Of a stretch of 5,003 bases of DNA, positions 4,948 to 5,003 are shown in pieces (within the stretch, counting starts at the first letter, position 1; the number at the start of each line of letters is the position of its first letter). The notes under the pieces are model-generated. The model made no database searches and was not told the origin of the DNA. It worked only from the letters and a program-made list of their open reading frames with translations. The stretch comes from Octopus sinensis (lineage: Eukaryota): contig NW_021830255.1 of the NCBI RefSeq assembly GCF_006345805.1, positions 1-5,003 on the forward strand. Reading direction: 5' to 3'. The position numbers and the translations under genes were made by a program.

Positions 4948-5003
4948 TGTATACACACACACACACATAAATTTCAACTATTATATATATATATATATAT
5001 ATA
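4945..5003. repeat. (CA)n and (TA)n microsatellites at the window end
   Basis: ACACACAC tract at about 4953-4967 and TA repeat from about 4982 to the edge. Confidence 0.92.

Noticed and set aside
4968-4985. TAAATTTCAACTA before (TA)n as the terminus of a third PLE copy
   Set aside because: Too short to distinguish from chance in AT-rich DNA.

Overview
AT-rich eukaryotic DNA with no supportable host protein-coding gene, tRNA, rRNA or CRISPR array. The repeat families look like those I recall from octopus genomes; that taxon call is recall, not a search result. The window is a mosaic of mobile-element fragments separated by microsatellites. In order: (1) a decayed (TA)n/(TG)n tract at 23-442; (2) five same-orientation copies of a tRNA-derived SINE at 681-1560, including a young 3 x 184-bp head-to-tail array; (3) a second tRNA-derived SINE family (2291-2462) fused directly to the 3' end of an R4/Dong-like non-LTR retrotransposon with a restriction-like endonuclease (2463-3014), ending in (TAA)12; (4) an inverted SINE of the first family with a different tail (3051-3263); (5) a possible decayed AP-endonuclease-like remnant on the minus strand (about 4003-4260); (6) two different Penelope-like element (PLE) fragments meeting tail-to-tail at (TA)21. 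One PLE fragment carries a minimal hammerhead-ribozyme-like motif (4513-4546); the other is a frameshifted GIY-YIG endonuclease domain (4676-4947). Most ORFs in the supplied track are artefacts of microsatellites or SINEs. I see no evidence of a wholly new system. The best leads are the variant hammerhead, the SINE-R4 chimera and the SINE multimer.
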